Below are positions 7,069 to 15,896 of a DNA stretch of 52,556 nt, in pieces. Under the pieces are notes generated by a model. It worked only from the letters and a program-made list of their open reading frames with translations. It was not told where the DNA came from and did no database searches. The stretch spans positions 1 through 52,556 of the forward strand of contig JAGWGP010000001.1 of the NCBI GenBank assembly GCA_028867285.1, given 5' to 3'. Numbering within the stretch: position 1 is the first letter of the stretch; the number at the start of each line of letters is the position of its first letter. A program made the position numbers and the translations under genes. The stretch comes from Candidatus Micrarchaeota archaeon. Its GTDB lineage: Archaea; Micrarchaeota; Micrarchaeia; Micrarchaeales; Micrarchaeaceae.

Positions 7069-8349
7069 ATGAGGATCTTTTACAAGGGCGCCATCGCGCT
7101 TGCCTTCGTCGCCGTGGAGCTCGCCTTCATGACCGTGCTGATGTCGGTGGGAGGCGGCAGCATAGGAGTGCTGCAGTTCCTGTTCTTCACGCTCCTTGTT
7201 GCGACTGTTGCCTCCCTTGCGGTGAGCTTCGCGCACGACAGGTTCGGCGGGCTTGCGAGGCTGCTCAGGTCAAGGAAGGCGCTTGCGATAATGATAATCG
7301 TGGGGGTGCTTGACGTAGGGCTGGCCCAGCTGCTCCTAACCACGGGCAGCCTGGGCACCAACCCCAGCGTTGCCGGGATAGTATACAGGAGCTGGGTGAT
7401 AATGATGGCCCTACTCTCACCCCTCGTGCTGAGGAGCAGGATAGGGGTGAGGCAGGTGGGTGCCATGCTGCTGGGCATGTGCGGAATCTACCTGATGGCC
7501 ACCAATGGCAGCCTGATAGGCGTGGGTGTCGGTGAACTCCCGTATGTGGCTGTGGTCCTTGGAGCGGCCCTCAGCGTCGCTGTGGCCAATGTGGCAATAA
7601 AGAGGTACAACGCCGACACGGTGGGTTCGGTGGTCGTGTTCAACGCCGCGTCGCTGGCGTTCTCGGCAATACTGCTTGCCGCATCTGGCCAGTCGCCGAC
7701 GTTCAGCATGCCGATTCCAACGCTTGCGGCTGCGCTATTCCTCGGGGGGATAACCTATGGGGTTGGCAACGTGCTGTACATGTACTCGCTGAAGAGGCTG
7801 AACCAGATGCTCGTGGGCAGCGCCACACTTGCGGTGCCGTTCCTTACGGTGGTGTTCTCGTTCATCCTGTTAGGGACCCAGATAAGGCCTTATTACATAG
7901 CCGCGGCCGCGATGATAGGCGCTGGCATATTCCTGCAGTACAGGGTCTCATCAAGGGCCCCGGAGAGGATGAGGCATCCGGGAATCGCGGGGAGGATGCA
8001 GATATTCGACATAACCGGCGCTTTCGTGAACACCAAATCAGGCGTTATAGACGGGATGATAAGCGGGGGCAACAGGGCCCTGGCCGTGAAGCTGAACCCT
8101 GAGGCCTACATAAAGGAACGCCACGGCACGATATTTGAGAGCAGGGGCTGCAGGGCGTTCACTGACCTCGATCCCCATGGGGATGTCAGCTCCGCAGAGG
8201 TCGAGTTCATAAGGGACATGCTCGGGATAGGCAAGGGCGAGGCGGCGCTCATAGGGATGGGTAGGCCAGAGAGCCTGGAGAGCGCGTTCGACGAGTTCCA
8301 CTCCGTAGCTGGCATGGGGGACATCGAGCAGCCTACGGTCTCGTCCTAG
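7069..8349 (+). CDS. DMT/EamA-family transporter with a roughly 130-aa soluble C-terminal domain
   Basis: About 10 hydrophobic helices with duplicated EamA-like halves. The C-terminal tail (from about RMRHPGIAGRMQIF) is hydrophilic and unassigned. Confidence 0.7.
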   Translation: MRIFYKGAIALAFVAVELAFMTVLMSVGGGSIGVLQFLFFTLLVATVASLAVSFAHDRFGGLARLLRSRKALAIMIIVGVLDVGLAQLLLTTGSLGTNPSVAGIVYRSWVIMMALLSPLVLRSRIGVRQVGAMLLGMCGIYLMATNGSLIGVGVGELPYVAVVLGAALSVAVANVAIKRYNADTVGSVVVFNAASLAFSAILLAASGQSPTFSMPIPTLAAALFLGGITYGVGNVLYMYSLKRLNQMLVGSATLAVPFLTVVFSFILLGTQIRPYYIAAAAMIGAGIFLQYRVSSRAPERMRHPGIAGRMQIFDITGAFVNTKSGVIDGMISGGNRALAVKLNPEAYIKERHGTIFESRGCRAFTDLDPHGDVSSAEVEFIRDMLGIGKGEAALIGMGRPESLESAFDEFHSVAGMGDIEQPTVSS

Positions 8350-8376
8350 ATAAAAAAGGAGAACAGGGAGAAGGGC

Positions 8377-10173
8377 TCAGCGCCTCTTCTTCCTTGTCAA
8401 TGCGTACGCCGCTATGATTATGACTATTATCACAACCACTATGGCAGCGGCTGCGATGCCCGATCCAGTAGTCGGCTGCTGCGCTGCCTGCTGGACTGTT
8501 GTGGCTGCCACTGAGGTGGTGGCCGCGACCGTCGTAGGCGCAATGGTGGTGGTTGGCGCAGCCGTCTCATTTGTGTGCATTATGCCGACCACGGGGTCCT
8601 TCGGTATTGTGAACGTGAGGACGCACGACGTGGAGTTGGCGGTGTAGTTCGCTACTGCCATCCATGTGCCGTTCTTTAGCACGTACGGCGTCGGAACGTT
8701 ATGCACCCACGAGCACAGGAAAGGGAAGTTCACGGTTATGTTGCTGACCGTCGTGGCGTTTGCGCTGACATTGAATGCTACCAGCTTGATGAGTCCATTC
8801 GGCGCAGCCGGCGTAGATGCGGTCACGTTGCTAACAGTCACGTTGACGTTTGCTGTGCCCTGTCCTGCTGCGTTGACCACTAGGCTAGCGCCCATTGAGC
8901 TCACGTTTACCATGCCTGGCGAGGACCTTGATATCTTGACTGTTACAACGCCGCTCTTGTTGAGTATGGATGGTGCTACGGTGGTGGTGACGGTTGTCGG
9001 AACCGTAGTGGCGGCGGTGGTCGTTATAGAAGGCGCACCTCCGGCGGCCGTGCCGCCAGTTCCTAGAGAACCAACCTTGAGCGTGGTCGAGGTGGTGAAG
9101 TTTGTGTAGTTGGAGTTGCCCGCGTTCTTGAACAGTATGGTGTGCAGGCCGGACTGGGTCTCCTGGGTCCAGTTCGCGACAGAGGCGGTCTGGTTCATCA
9201 GGACGCCGTCAACATACAGGCTCCATGAGCTCTGGTTGTTGAGAGTGGCGGTTCCTGTGCAGGTGACCGTTGACCATGTATAATAGCCAACGAAGCCCGG
9301 GCTGGTGCACGAAGCGGTGAGCACCGAGTTCTTGGTTATCACAAGTGTGTTTGTTACGGCAGCAAGCGTGTATGGGGTTGAAGTGCCGGAGTCGAAGGCG
9401 TTGATGGTGTATATGAAGTTGCCGCTGGAGATGCCCCCATTGTTCTGCGCCTGCGCAATCATGTTGACCGTGTTGAATGTCTCTGCAGTGCCTATGAGCG
9501 TGTTCGGCACAGGACCGACGCTTACCCCATTGTTCACGAACCAGTTGAACGTGAATGTTCCGCTTCCGCCAGATACTACTGCGTTGATGGATATCAACCC
9601 GGAGCCGAACGGTATGCTGTTAGTCGCAACGCCGTTGGGTGCGTATATTATGACGTTCATGGTGGGCTGCTTGTTTATGGTCACCGCAGGTATCGATGTG
9701 GTCTTGAACGTGTTTGTGCCCATGACCTCGGATATGAACGCGTTGAACGCCCATGCCCCAGTTATGGTTGTCGCCGTGACCGTATTGCTGATCTGCGTGC
9801 CCGCAGTGTTGGAGGTAAGCGTGAGCTGGGTGTTGGAGAATGCGTTTACCCCGAGCACTATGTTGTTCGTGGCGTTGAGCAGGAAGTTTATGGTGTTTGC
9901 CTTCGGCACATTTGGCGCGTTGAACACCCAGTTCGCCAGATAAGGAGAGTTGCCGCCAGATATGCCGTTGATCGTTATGAATGTGTACTGCCCAACGTCT
10001 ATTATTGAATTGGATATCGTGTTTCCGGGAAGGGTGCCGCACGTGAGGGTTCCGGGCCCGGAGAGCTCAGTACCGGTGCAGACGATGTTTGTCGGGGTTG
10101 CGGCGAATGCCTGGGTGCCTATGAACACCGACAGTGTAAGCGCAATCAGCAGTATGGATAGTTTTGTTTTCAA
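8377..10173 (-). CDS. Thr/Asn-rich cell-surface (S-layer-like) glycoprotein with signal peptide and C-terminal TM anchor
   Basis: N-terminal MKTKLSILLIALTLSVFIGTQAFA signal and many N-x-S/T sequons. A Thr-rich stalk (TTAATTVPTTVTTTV..., APTTTIAPTTVAATTSVAATT) precedes the C-terminal IAAAAIVVVIIVIIIAAYALTRKKRR anchor. Confidence 0.7.
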   Translation of the reverse strand: MKTKLSILLIALTLSVFIGTQAFAATPTNIVCTGTELSGPGTLTCGTLPGNTISNSIIDVGQYTFITINGISGGNSPYLANWVFNAPNVPKANTINFLLNATNNIVLGVNAFSNTQLTLTSNTAGTQISNTVTATTITGAWAFNAFISEVMGTNTFKTTSIPAVTINKQPTMNVIIYAPNGVATNSIPFGSGLISINAVVSGGSGTFTFNWFVNNGVSVGPVPNTLIGTAETFNTVNMIAQAQNNGGISSGNFIYTINAFDSGTSTPYTLAAVTNTLVITKNSVLTASCTSPGFVGYYTWSTVTCTGTATLNNQSSWSLYVDGVLMNQTASVANWTQETQSGLHTILFKNAGNSNYTNFTTSTTLKVGSLGTGGTAAGGAPSITTTAATTVPTTVTTTVAPSILNKSGVVTVKISRSSPGMVNVSSMGASLVVNAAGQGTANVNVTVSNVTASTPAAPNGLIKLVAFNVSANATTVSNITVNFPFLCSWVHNVPTPYVLKNGTWMAVANYTANSTSCVLTFTIPKDPVVGIMHTNETAAPTTTIAPTTVAATTSVAATTVQQAAQQPTTGSGIAAAAIVVVIIVIIIAAYALTRKKRR

Positions 10174-10330
10174 TCAATCACGGCAATCAGAATGAATGTG
10201 ATACGAAAAGAAGGTATAAAAAGGCTCCCTTATTTGATGAATACGTAATCAAATTTGGGCCCCTTTTTTAGAGATTTTGTATATGGACTTTTTAAGGCTT
10301 AAGTATCAGGCCGTAGGCTGGTGCATGGAT

Positions 10331-10370
10331 AAAAAGATGGGGCAGGGCGAACGCCCTGCTTTTAAAAAAG
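10331..10370 (-). terminator. hairpin flanked by T-tracts downstream of CDS 10374..11243
   Basis: Coding strand directly after the stop reads CTTTTTTAAAA-GCAGGGCG-TT-CGCCCTGC-CCCATCTTTTT. Oligo-T tracts are the usual archaeal termination signal. Confidence 0.4.
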
Positions 10371-10373
10371 AGT

Positions 10374-11243
10374 TCAGCAGTTGGTGAAGTACTGAGGGTA
10401 CTGCACGCACAGATATGGGTTGCTGCCCAGCCATGCTATCGGGTTGCCGAAGGCGGCCTGCTGCTCCGAGTAGTTCAGGATCTGGGAGTATCCGCTGGAC
10501 CTGAAGGCGCTTATCACGCACTGCGGCGAGCTCGCCGGGTCTACCGGGTAGGTGCAGCCTATGGAGGGCGTGCCCGAGGGGGCCCAACCCATGCTGCTCC
10601 AGTTGCCCATAGGGAACCCGTGGTGAACCAGGGCGCCCACGAACGCTGCGGCTATCCCGCCTATGACCACGAATATTATCGCGCCAAGGGTGAATATAGA
10701 CAGCAGGTAGGTCCCTACGGCCTGCTTGTAGTTTATGCCCTGCTGCTTCGACAGGCTTATTATGAGCACTATTATGCTCCATATCCCGGCGAGTATCTGC
10801 ACAGCCACGCCCACGAAGGGTATGCCGAGCAGCCAGAACAGCAGAAGCGACGGCATTATGCCGTGCACGAATGCGTTGAACGTCCTGGAGTAGTCCTTCT
10901 TGACCAGGTCGAACAGTATCTTTGAGAACAGCTGGTATATGCCCGCGGATATCAGGAGCGATATAGGGGATATGACGAACAGCATCAGGGCAGGCAGGCC
11001 TATTGCGCCGGCCGCGCCGAGGGCAAGGTTGCCCCCAACAAGGCCCGATGCCTGGCCGCCAACGGTCCTGAACGTCCCTATCGAGAAGTACAGTATGAGG
11101 TTGACTACCAGGGCCACCACGAAAATCGGTATCGCTGTGCCGTAATAGAACCTGAGTGTCTGCTCCACAGACATTGGTTTTGTGTTCCTGCTCGGGTGTC
11201 TTACCGACTCCAGAGCCATCCATAAGGATTTCTTTATGTCCAT
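10374..11243 (-). CDS. Yip1-like multi-pass membrane protein with Cys-containing extracytoplasmic tail
   Basis: Hydrophilic N-terminus followed by about 5 TM helices in a Yip1/DUF1282-like arrangement. The C-terminal 80 aa carry 4 Cys. Family assignment is tentative. Confidence 0.55.
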   Translation of the reverse strand: MDIKKSLWMALESVRHPSRNTKPMSVEQTLRFYYGTAIPIFVVALVVNLILYFSIGTFRTVGGQASGLVGGNLALGAAGAIGLPALMLFVISPISLLISAGIYQLFSKILFDLVKKDYSRTFNAFVHGIMPSLLLFWLLGIPFVGVAVQILAGIWSIIVLIISLSKQQGINYKQAVGTYLLSIFTLGAIIFVVIGGIAAAFVGALVHHGFPMGNWSSMGWAPSGTPSIGCTYPVDPASSPQCVISAFRSSGYSQILNYSEQQAAFGNPIAWLGSNPYLCVQYPQYFTNC

Positions 11244-11370
11244 CGTCTCATCCTTTCTCGGCCTAAGCCAGTTATCAATGGTTTGATAGGCTTTAAATCC
11301 TTTTGCATAGGCGACGCCATGGCGCCGAAGGGGCAGTAATTTTAATGTTAGCCCATAAATGTATTGGCAG

Positions 11371-11443
11371 GGGGACGTACGCTAACCTGGCAGACTTCCG
11401 CGTTCGGGTCGCGGCTATCCGAGTTCAAATCTCGGCGTCCCCA
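11371..11443 (+). tRNA. tRNA-Pro (anticodon CGG), with an aberrant D-stem
   Basis: Perfect 7-bp acceptor stem (GGGGACG/CGTCCCC, discriminator A). Anticodon arm is CCGCG-TTCGGGT-CGCGG (CGG, G37). T-arm is CCGAG-TTCAAAT-CTCGG. The D-arm (CGCT-AACCTGGC-AGAC) gives only 2 Watson-Crick pairs in any register. Confidence 0.6.
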
Positions 11444-11489
11444 TCTTATATGTTTAATAGTCTTGGCTGAGCAGTGGGTGTGTGGTGGG

Positions 11490-12266
11490 ATGGGCGTACT
11501 CGAGCTGTTCAAGCTGAATGGGAGGTCGGGTATAGTAACCGGTGTCTCGAGCGGGCTAGGGGTGGCGTTCGCCACCGCGCTGGCCGAGGCCGGAGCGGAC
11601 CTTGTGGTATGCGCCAGGAGAGAGGACAGGCTGCGCGCCAATGCCGAGATGATATCAAAGGCTACAGGCAGGCGGATAGTGCCGGTGGCTTGCGACATGG
11701 GCAACGAGGGAGACGTGATCAACCTCGTTGAGCGTGCGGAGAAGGAGTTCGGCAAGATAGACATACTCGTCAACAACGCCGGCACGGCCGTGGCGAAGCC
11801 CGAGACAGAGATAACGGACGAGGAGTGGAAGGCGGTGATGGAGGTGAACCTCAACGGCGTGTTCAGGTGCTGCAGGGAGGTCTCCAAGCGCATGATTACT
11901 GACAAGACCAAGGGCAGCATAATAAACATAGATTCGATTTACGGCGTGCACGGGGACATGATACCCGCCCTGCCCTATTACTCTTCTAAGGGCGGCGTGG
12001 CCAACATGACTAGGGCGCTTGCGGTTGAGCTCGCGCCTCATGGGATCAGGGTAAACGCGATAGCGCCGGGCTTCTTCCCGAGCGAGATGACCACGCCAGT
12101 GTTCCAGAACCAGGCGATGCTGGACCACATAAAGACCAGGACGCCGATGGGCAGGCTCGGAGAGCCTTGGGAGCTCGCGGGTGCGACGGTGTTGCTGGCA
12201 TCCGACGCGGGCAGCTATATAACAGGGCACATACTTCTTGTCGACGGCGGATGGGACGCCAACTAG
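11490..12266 (+). CDS. short-chain dehydrogenase/reductase (SDR, FabG/gluconate-5-dehydrogenase-like)
   Basis: TGxxxGxG (VTGVSSGLG), NNAG and the YxxxK catalytic motif (YYSSKGG) are present. ATG 11490 was chosen because the TTG-start extension overlaps the tRNA-Pro gene. Confidence 0.9.
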   Translation: MGVLELFKLNGRSGIVTGVSSGLGVAFATALAEAGADLVVCARREDRLRANAEMISKATGRRIVPVACDMGNEGDVINLVERAEKEFGKIDILVNNAGTAVAKPETEITDEEWKAVMEVNLNGVFRCCREVSKRMITDKTKGSIINIDSIYGVHGDMIPALPYYSSKGGVANMTRALAVELAPHGIRVNAIAPGFFPSEMTTPVFQNQAMLDHIKTRTPMGRLGEPWELAGATVLLASDAGSYITGHILLVDGGWDAN

Positions 12267-12749
12267 TCAGATCAGCTTGAGGTCAAGGAGATATCTCCTG
12301 TTCTTCGTGCCGCTGATGTACATCTCCGTTACCTTTATTTTGTAGAACCTCAGGGATGCGGTGCCTGCGAGTTCCGATGGCGGATACCTCTTGAGGGGAT
12401 CCATCTTCGAATCAGGGAACTGCTTCTTTGCGTATAACTTTATCGCCTCCTTCAGCGCCTCGTTGAACGGCATCAGAGTGGCCGTTCCCTCCGCCTGTAT
12501 GCTCTCCGCCCTTCCCATAGGCTGGTTGGAGTCGAATATTACAAAGGACACCTTAGGGTTGGCGGACACGTTCTCCGAGTGCCTCGAGTCCATGGCGGAC
12601 AGGAAGTAGAATTCATACTTGCTGCTGTATGCGTAATAGACGACAGCTGCCCAGGGGCTCCTGTCCAGGTCGCTGGTCGAGAGCACCATGTACCTGTTGC
12701 CCTCAAGTATCTCCCTAGCAGAGTCCTCGTGGCTCTTGGCGGCTGCCAT
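12267..12749 (-). CDS. pyridoxamine 5'-phosphate oxidase-like FMN-binding split-barrel protein
   Basis: 160 aa with the pattern NRYMVLSTSD...PWAAVVYY...FYFLS...HSENV..NPKVSFVIF, typical of the PNPOx-like/general stress protein 26 fold. Confidence 0.7.
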   Translation of the reverse strand: MAAAKSHEDSAREILEGNRYMVLSTSDLDRSPWAAVVYYAYSSKYEFYFLSAMDSRHSENVSANPKVSFVIFDSNQPMGRAESIQAEGTATLMPFNEALKEAIKLYAKKQFPDSKMDPLKRYPPSELAGTASLRFYKIKVTEMYISGTKNRRYLLDLKLI

Positions 12750-12825
12750 GGTAGTGCATCTCTGCGCATCTTTATATTGCTTAGCGATTTGCGCCTCCTG
12801 AATTTAAATAACTTCTTTCGGATAT

Positions 12826-13875
12826 ATGAGGGACCAGTCTGATGATATGAGAGCTAGCGCAGTCTTGCTTTGCATGATGATCTTTGTCGGTACGCCGGCA
12901 TTAGCCTCGGCGCTAAGCCAGAACGGATACCTTCCTGGCAACGCCGCCAACTACACGTCCAACGTGGTTACGATAAGCTTCACCGGCTCCGGGGTGTGCG
13001 AGTTCAACGGGACCGCGGTGGATACGCAGGAGCCCGATAACGAATCGGAGAGCAGCTACTGCGAGATAGGGGTGGGCGAGGACACGAGCCAGGGATACCC
13101 GCTCTGGATACTCATACCCGCGTTCAGCGGCACGTCGATATTCGGCATAAACACGCTGGGGGCTTCTGCGCAGGGGCTTCCTGTTTACAACGGCAACGTG
13201 ATGGGAGTAGAGTGCGGGCCAGGCGGCACTGTGGCCTCATGCCCGGACCATCCGGAGTACTCCTATTCGCCGATGTGGGTGGGGATTGAGCAATCCTCAG
13301 GCATTTACAACGGGATATTCGGGCTGCCCGAGGGCGTGCTCCCGGTTCCCGGACACACCCACGCCAACGAGGATAGCTACCTAGGAAACACAGGCAAGTG
13401 GTATATAATACCGGTCTTCGTGCTCGATCCCAACGTCATGCCCAACGCCACCACAGGTTCGTGCTCCAGGCTGGCCCCGTCTAACCTCACCAACTCCACG
13501 AGCAACTGCCTCGACTCGTTCGGCGACATATTCAGGGCGATGACGACCTCGAGCTCGGCTGTCGCGAACGCGAACAGCGGAAACCCGATATGGGGAATGT
13601 TCGGAAACACAACGCTGCAGGCGGTGGTGCCGGGCCTTACCCCAGGATTGTCGGTGGTTAACCCTGCCACGGGCACGCAGATAGCGTTCGCAACCAACCA
13701 GCTCAACTACTATGTGGGCGAGCCGCTTAACACTAGCGCGATAAACCAGCCTGCGCAGAGCAACAGGCAGCCCGGTAGCTCTGCACTGACGACACAGATG
13801 GCCATCGTACTGATAGCCGCCATACTGGTAGCTGGCGGGATTGTGGCGCTTGAGAGGAGGCTCAGGGGCGGTTAG
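12826..13875 (+). CDS. secreted, C-terminally membrane-anchored surface protein (unknown family)
   Basis: Signal-like ASAVLLCMMIFVGTPALASA, multiple N-x-S/T sequons and a C-terminal MAIVLIAAILVAGGIVALERRLRGG anchor. The start may be the ATG at 12847. Confidence 0.6.
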   Translation: MRDQSDDMRASAVLLCMMIFVGTPALASALSQNGYLPGNAANYTSNVVTISFTGSGVCEFNGTAVDTQEPDNESESSYCEIGVGEDTSQGYPLWILIPAFSGTSIFGINTLGASAQGLPVYNGNVMGVECGPGGTVASCPDHPEYSYSPMWVGIEQSSGIYNGIFGLPEGVLPVPGHTHANEDSYLGNTGKWYIIPVFVLDPNVMPNATTGSCSRLAPSNLTNSTSNCLDSFGDIFRAMTTSSSAVANANSGNPIWGMFGNTTLQAVVPGLTPGLSVVNPATGTQIAFATNQLNYYVGEPLNTSAINQPAQSNRQPGSSALTTQMAIVLIAAILVAGGIVALERRLRGG

Positions 13876-14182
13876 CCCTGCTTACTAGCTGGTAGAGCAG
13901 CTCCTCATTGTCGCCCTCCGCCGCCTTGAAGCTCCTTCTGGCCCAGCACCTCATGCACACGTAATGTATGGTGAACCCCTTCCTGTCTGAGGATGCCCCG
14001 ACGGGCTTCATCATGCCGTGGCACGCCTCCTTCCTGTCCCCCGGGTTGATGTCCACGTGCATCGAGTAGAGGCATTTGGGGCAGTGGTCTGTGTAGCCTG
14101 TGCCCATCACCTTTGCGCCGCAGTTGGCGCACTCGAAGTCCTCCTTCCTCCTTGAGAAGCGTTTTTGATCCATATGGGCCAC
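13862..14182 (-). CDS. RNHCP domain-containing zinc-binding protein
   Basis: FECANCGAKV...GTGYTDHCPKCLYSMHVD...C..C matches the RNHCP-domain Cys pattern; about 100 aa. Confidence 0.7.
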   Translation of the reverse strand: MAHMDQKRFSRRKEDFECANCGAKVMGTGYTDHCPKCLYSMHVDINPGDRKEACHGMMKPVGASSDRKGFTIHYVCMRCWARRSFKAAEGDNEELLYQLVSRANRP

Positions 14183-14265
14183 GTTGCTGACGTTATTTTT
14201 TACCGAGAGCAGGTTTTATATTCCTTTGTAGCCCAATATATTATGCTTATACTCAGGGTGTGGAA

Positions 14266-15009
14266 ATGTTCGAGCTGAAGATAGATGATGCAAGGTACTG
14301 GAAGACGTGCGTTGACTCGATTGTCAGCCTTATAGACGAGGGCTCATTCAACATAACCAAGGAGGGCATATCCCTCAAGGCGATGGACCCGTCCGGGATA
14401 AGCATGGTCTCATTCTCGATGCCGAACAAGGCATTCTCGAAGTACGAGCTCGACAAGACGGCGACCGTAGGCCTGAACCTGGAGAACCTTAGCAAGATAC
14501 TGGCCAGCTCCAGGAACAACGAGCAGCTGGTGATGAAGGAGAGCGGAAACAAGTTCTCCATAGAGTTCATAGGCGCCAACAGCAGGAGGCGCTACAAGCT
14601 CCCGATGATAGACGTCAAGAAGGACGCCGACAAGGAGCCGAAGGTGGAGTTCGACGCGCATGTGGAGCTCAAGTCCGACTCGCTCAAGGAGATCCTGAAG
14701 GACGCCACCCTGCTTTCCACTTACATAGGCTTCAAGACCGAGAAGGACTCGTTCCTGGTCCTGGCAAAGGGGGACGCCGGGGAGCTGGAGGAGGAGCACA
14801 TGAACAACGCCGAGGTGGTCAAGAAGATAACGGTGAGCAAGAGCTCCTCTGCCACGTTCAACCTCGATTACCTGGACAGGATGATAAGCGCGTCGCCGCC
14901 CAATTCCTCCATCAACCTCTCTATAAAGACGGAGGAGCCGATAAAGATAGAGTACAAGATTGGCGATGCGAGCGTCACCTACTACCTGGCCCCGTACATG
15001 GAGAGCTGA
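14266..15009 (+). CDS. pcn: DNA polymerase sliding clamp PCNA
   Basis: MFELKIDDARYWKTCVDSIVSLIDEGSFNITKEGISLKAMDPS... has full-length similarity to archaeal PCNA (about 247 aa). A TATA-like GGTTTTATATTCC lies about 45 nt upstream. Confidence 0.92.
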   Translation: MFELKIDDARYWKTCVDSIVSLIDEGSFNITKEGISLKAMDPSGISMVSFSMPNKAFSKYELDKTATVGLNLENLSKILASSRNNEQLVMKESGNKFSIEFIGANSRRRYKLPMIDVKKDADKEPKVEFDAHVELKSDSLKEILKDATLLSTYIGFKTEKDSFLVLAKGDAGELEEEHMNNAEVVKKITVSKSSSATFNLDYLDRMISASPPNSSINLSIKTEEPIKIEYKIGDASVTYYLAPYMES

Positions 15010-15055
15010 GCAAAAGAAGGGATAAATAACCATACTCCCATCTAATCCTGATTAA

Positions 15056-15577
15056 ATGACGGTTCTTGTGTTCGTCACCCCAAAGGGGTTCAGGGACGAG
15101 TCGCTCAACGCTGTCAAGCTGTTCCTGAGCAAATGGGGGGTTGGCTACAAGATAGCGAGCTACACGGGCCACGAGTGCACGGGAAGCCACGGGGCGGTGG
15201 TGAAGCCAGACGTCCACGGCACGAAGATCTCGGCGCAGGACTACACCGGCTTGGTGATAGTGGACGGCGAGGGGATAGAGGGCTACAAGATATACGAGTA
15301 CAGGCCCATGCTCGACCTGGTGCTGAACTTCAACAACTCGAGGAAGCCCATAATAGCCATAGGAAACGCGATAAAGGTGCCTTCAAGGGCCAACGTAATA
15401 ATGGGCAAGAAGGTTTCAATCACGCATGATGCGGAGGCGAACCGCCTGCTGATGCTGTTTCACGGGATACCGTCGAAGGAGCCCTTCGAGGTGGCCGACA
15501 ACCTGGTGACCATAGGGAGGCCGGAGGACATAGCCGCGTCCATGCCTAAGGTCCTGGAGCTGATAAGCATCGGCTGA
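15056..15577 (+). CDS. DJ-1/PfpI-superfamily protein lacking the nucleophile cysteine
   Basis: Flavodoxin-like layout (VLVFV...GLVIVDG...KPIIAIGNAIKV). The position of the conserved nucleophile elbow (A-I-C-H-G) reads A-I-G-N-A. Confidence 0.55.
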   Translation: MTVLVFVTPKGFRDESLNAVKLFLSKWGVGYKIASYTGHECTGSHGAVVKPDVHGTKISAQDYTGLVIVDGEGIEGYKIYEYRPMLDLVLNFNNSRKPIIAIGNAIKVPSRANVIMGKKVSITHDAEANRLLMLFHGIPSKEPFEVADNLVTIGRPEDIAASMPKVLELISIG

Positions 15578-15581
15578 CCTG

Positions 15582-15896
15582 GTGCTGTTCATGGAGGAAG
15601 AGAGGGCCGCGCTCACAAGGAGGATAGCAGGCGAGAGGATATCGATACTTTTCGGGCTGGCCGAGGATAACCAGCTGGGGAGGCCAGAACTGGCGGACAG
15701 GTACTCGCACCTCATAAGGGAGATAGCGATGCACTACAGGATAAAGCTCCAGCAGAGGGTCTCGGCACAAATCTGCAGGGGGTGCGGGGCGTTCCTCGTC
15801 CCTGGAAGAACTGCGTGGGTGAGGATAGTGGCCAAGCAGAGGCTGAGGATACTAAGATGCACGCGCTGCGGCAGGGAAAAGAAACTGTACTACTAG
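15582..15896 (+). CDS. rnp4: RNase P protein component 4 (Rpp21/Rnp4)
   Basis: Helical N-terminal half plus a C-terminal zinc ribbon (CRGCGAFLVPG...LRCTRCG), characteristic of Rpr2/Rpp21. The start may be the ATG at 15591. Confidence 0.8.
   Translation: MLFMEEERAALTRRIAGERISILFGLAEDNQLGRPELADRYSHLIREIAMHYRIKLQQRVSAQICRGCGAFLVPGRTAWVRIVAKQRLRILRCTRCGREKKLYY

Noticed and set aside
11364-11489. TTG-initiated extension of the SDR ORF
   Set aside because: It overlaps the tRNA-Pro gene and its flank. The SDR Rossmann motif begins right after the ATG at 11490.
12826-12890. C/D-box-like TGATGA strings (ctgatgatatg, catgatgatc) at the start of CDS 12826..13875
   Set aside because: They lie inside a coding signal-peptide region (LLCMMIF), and no matching D box/terminal stem arrangement is evident.
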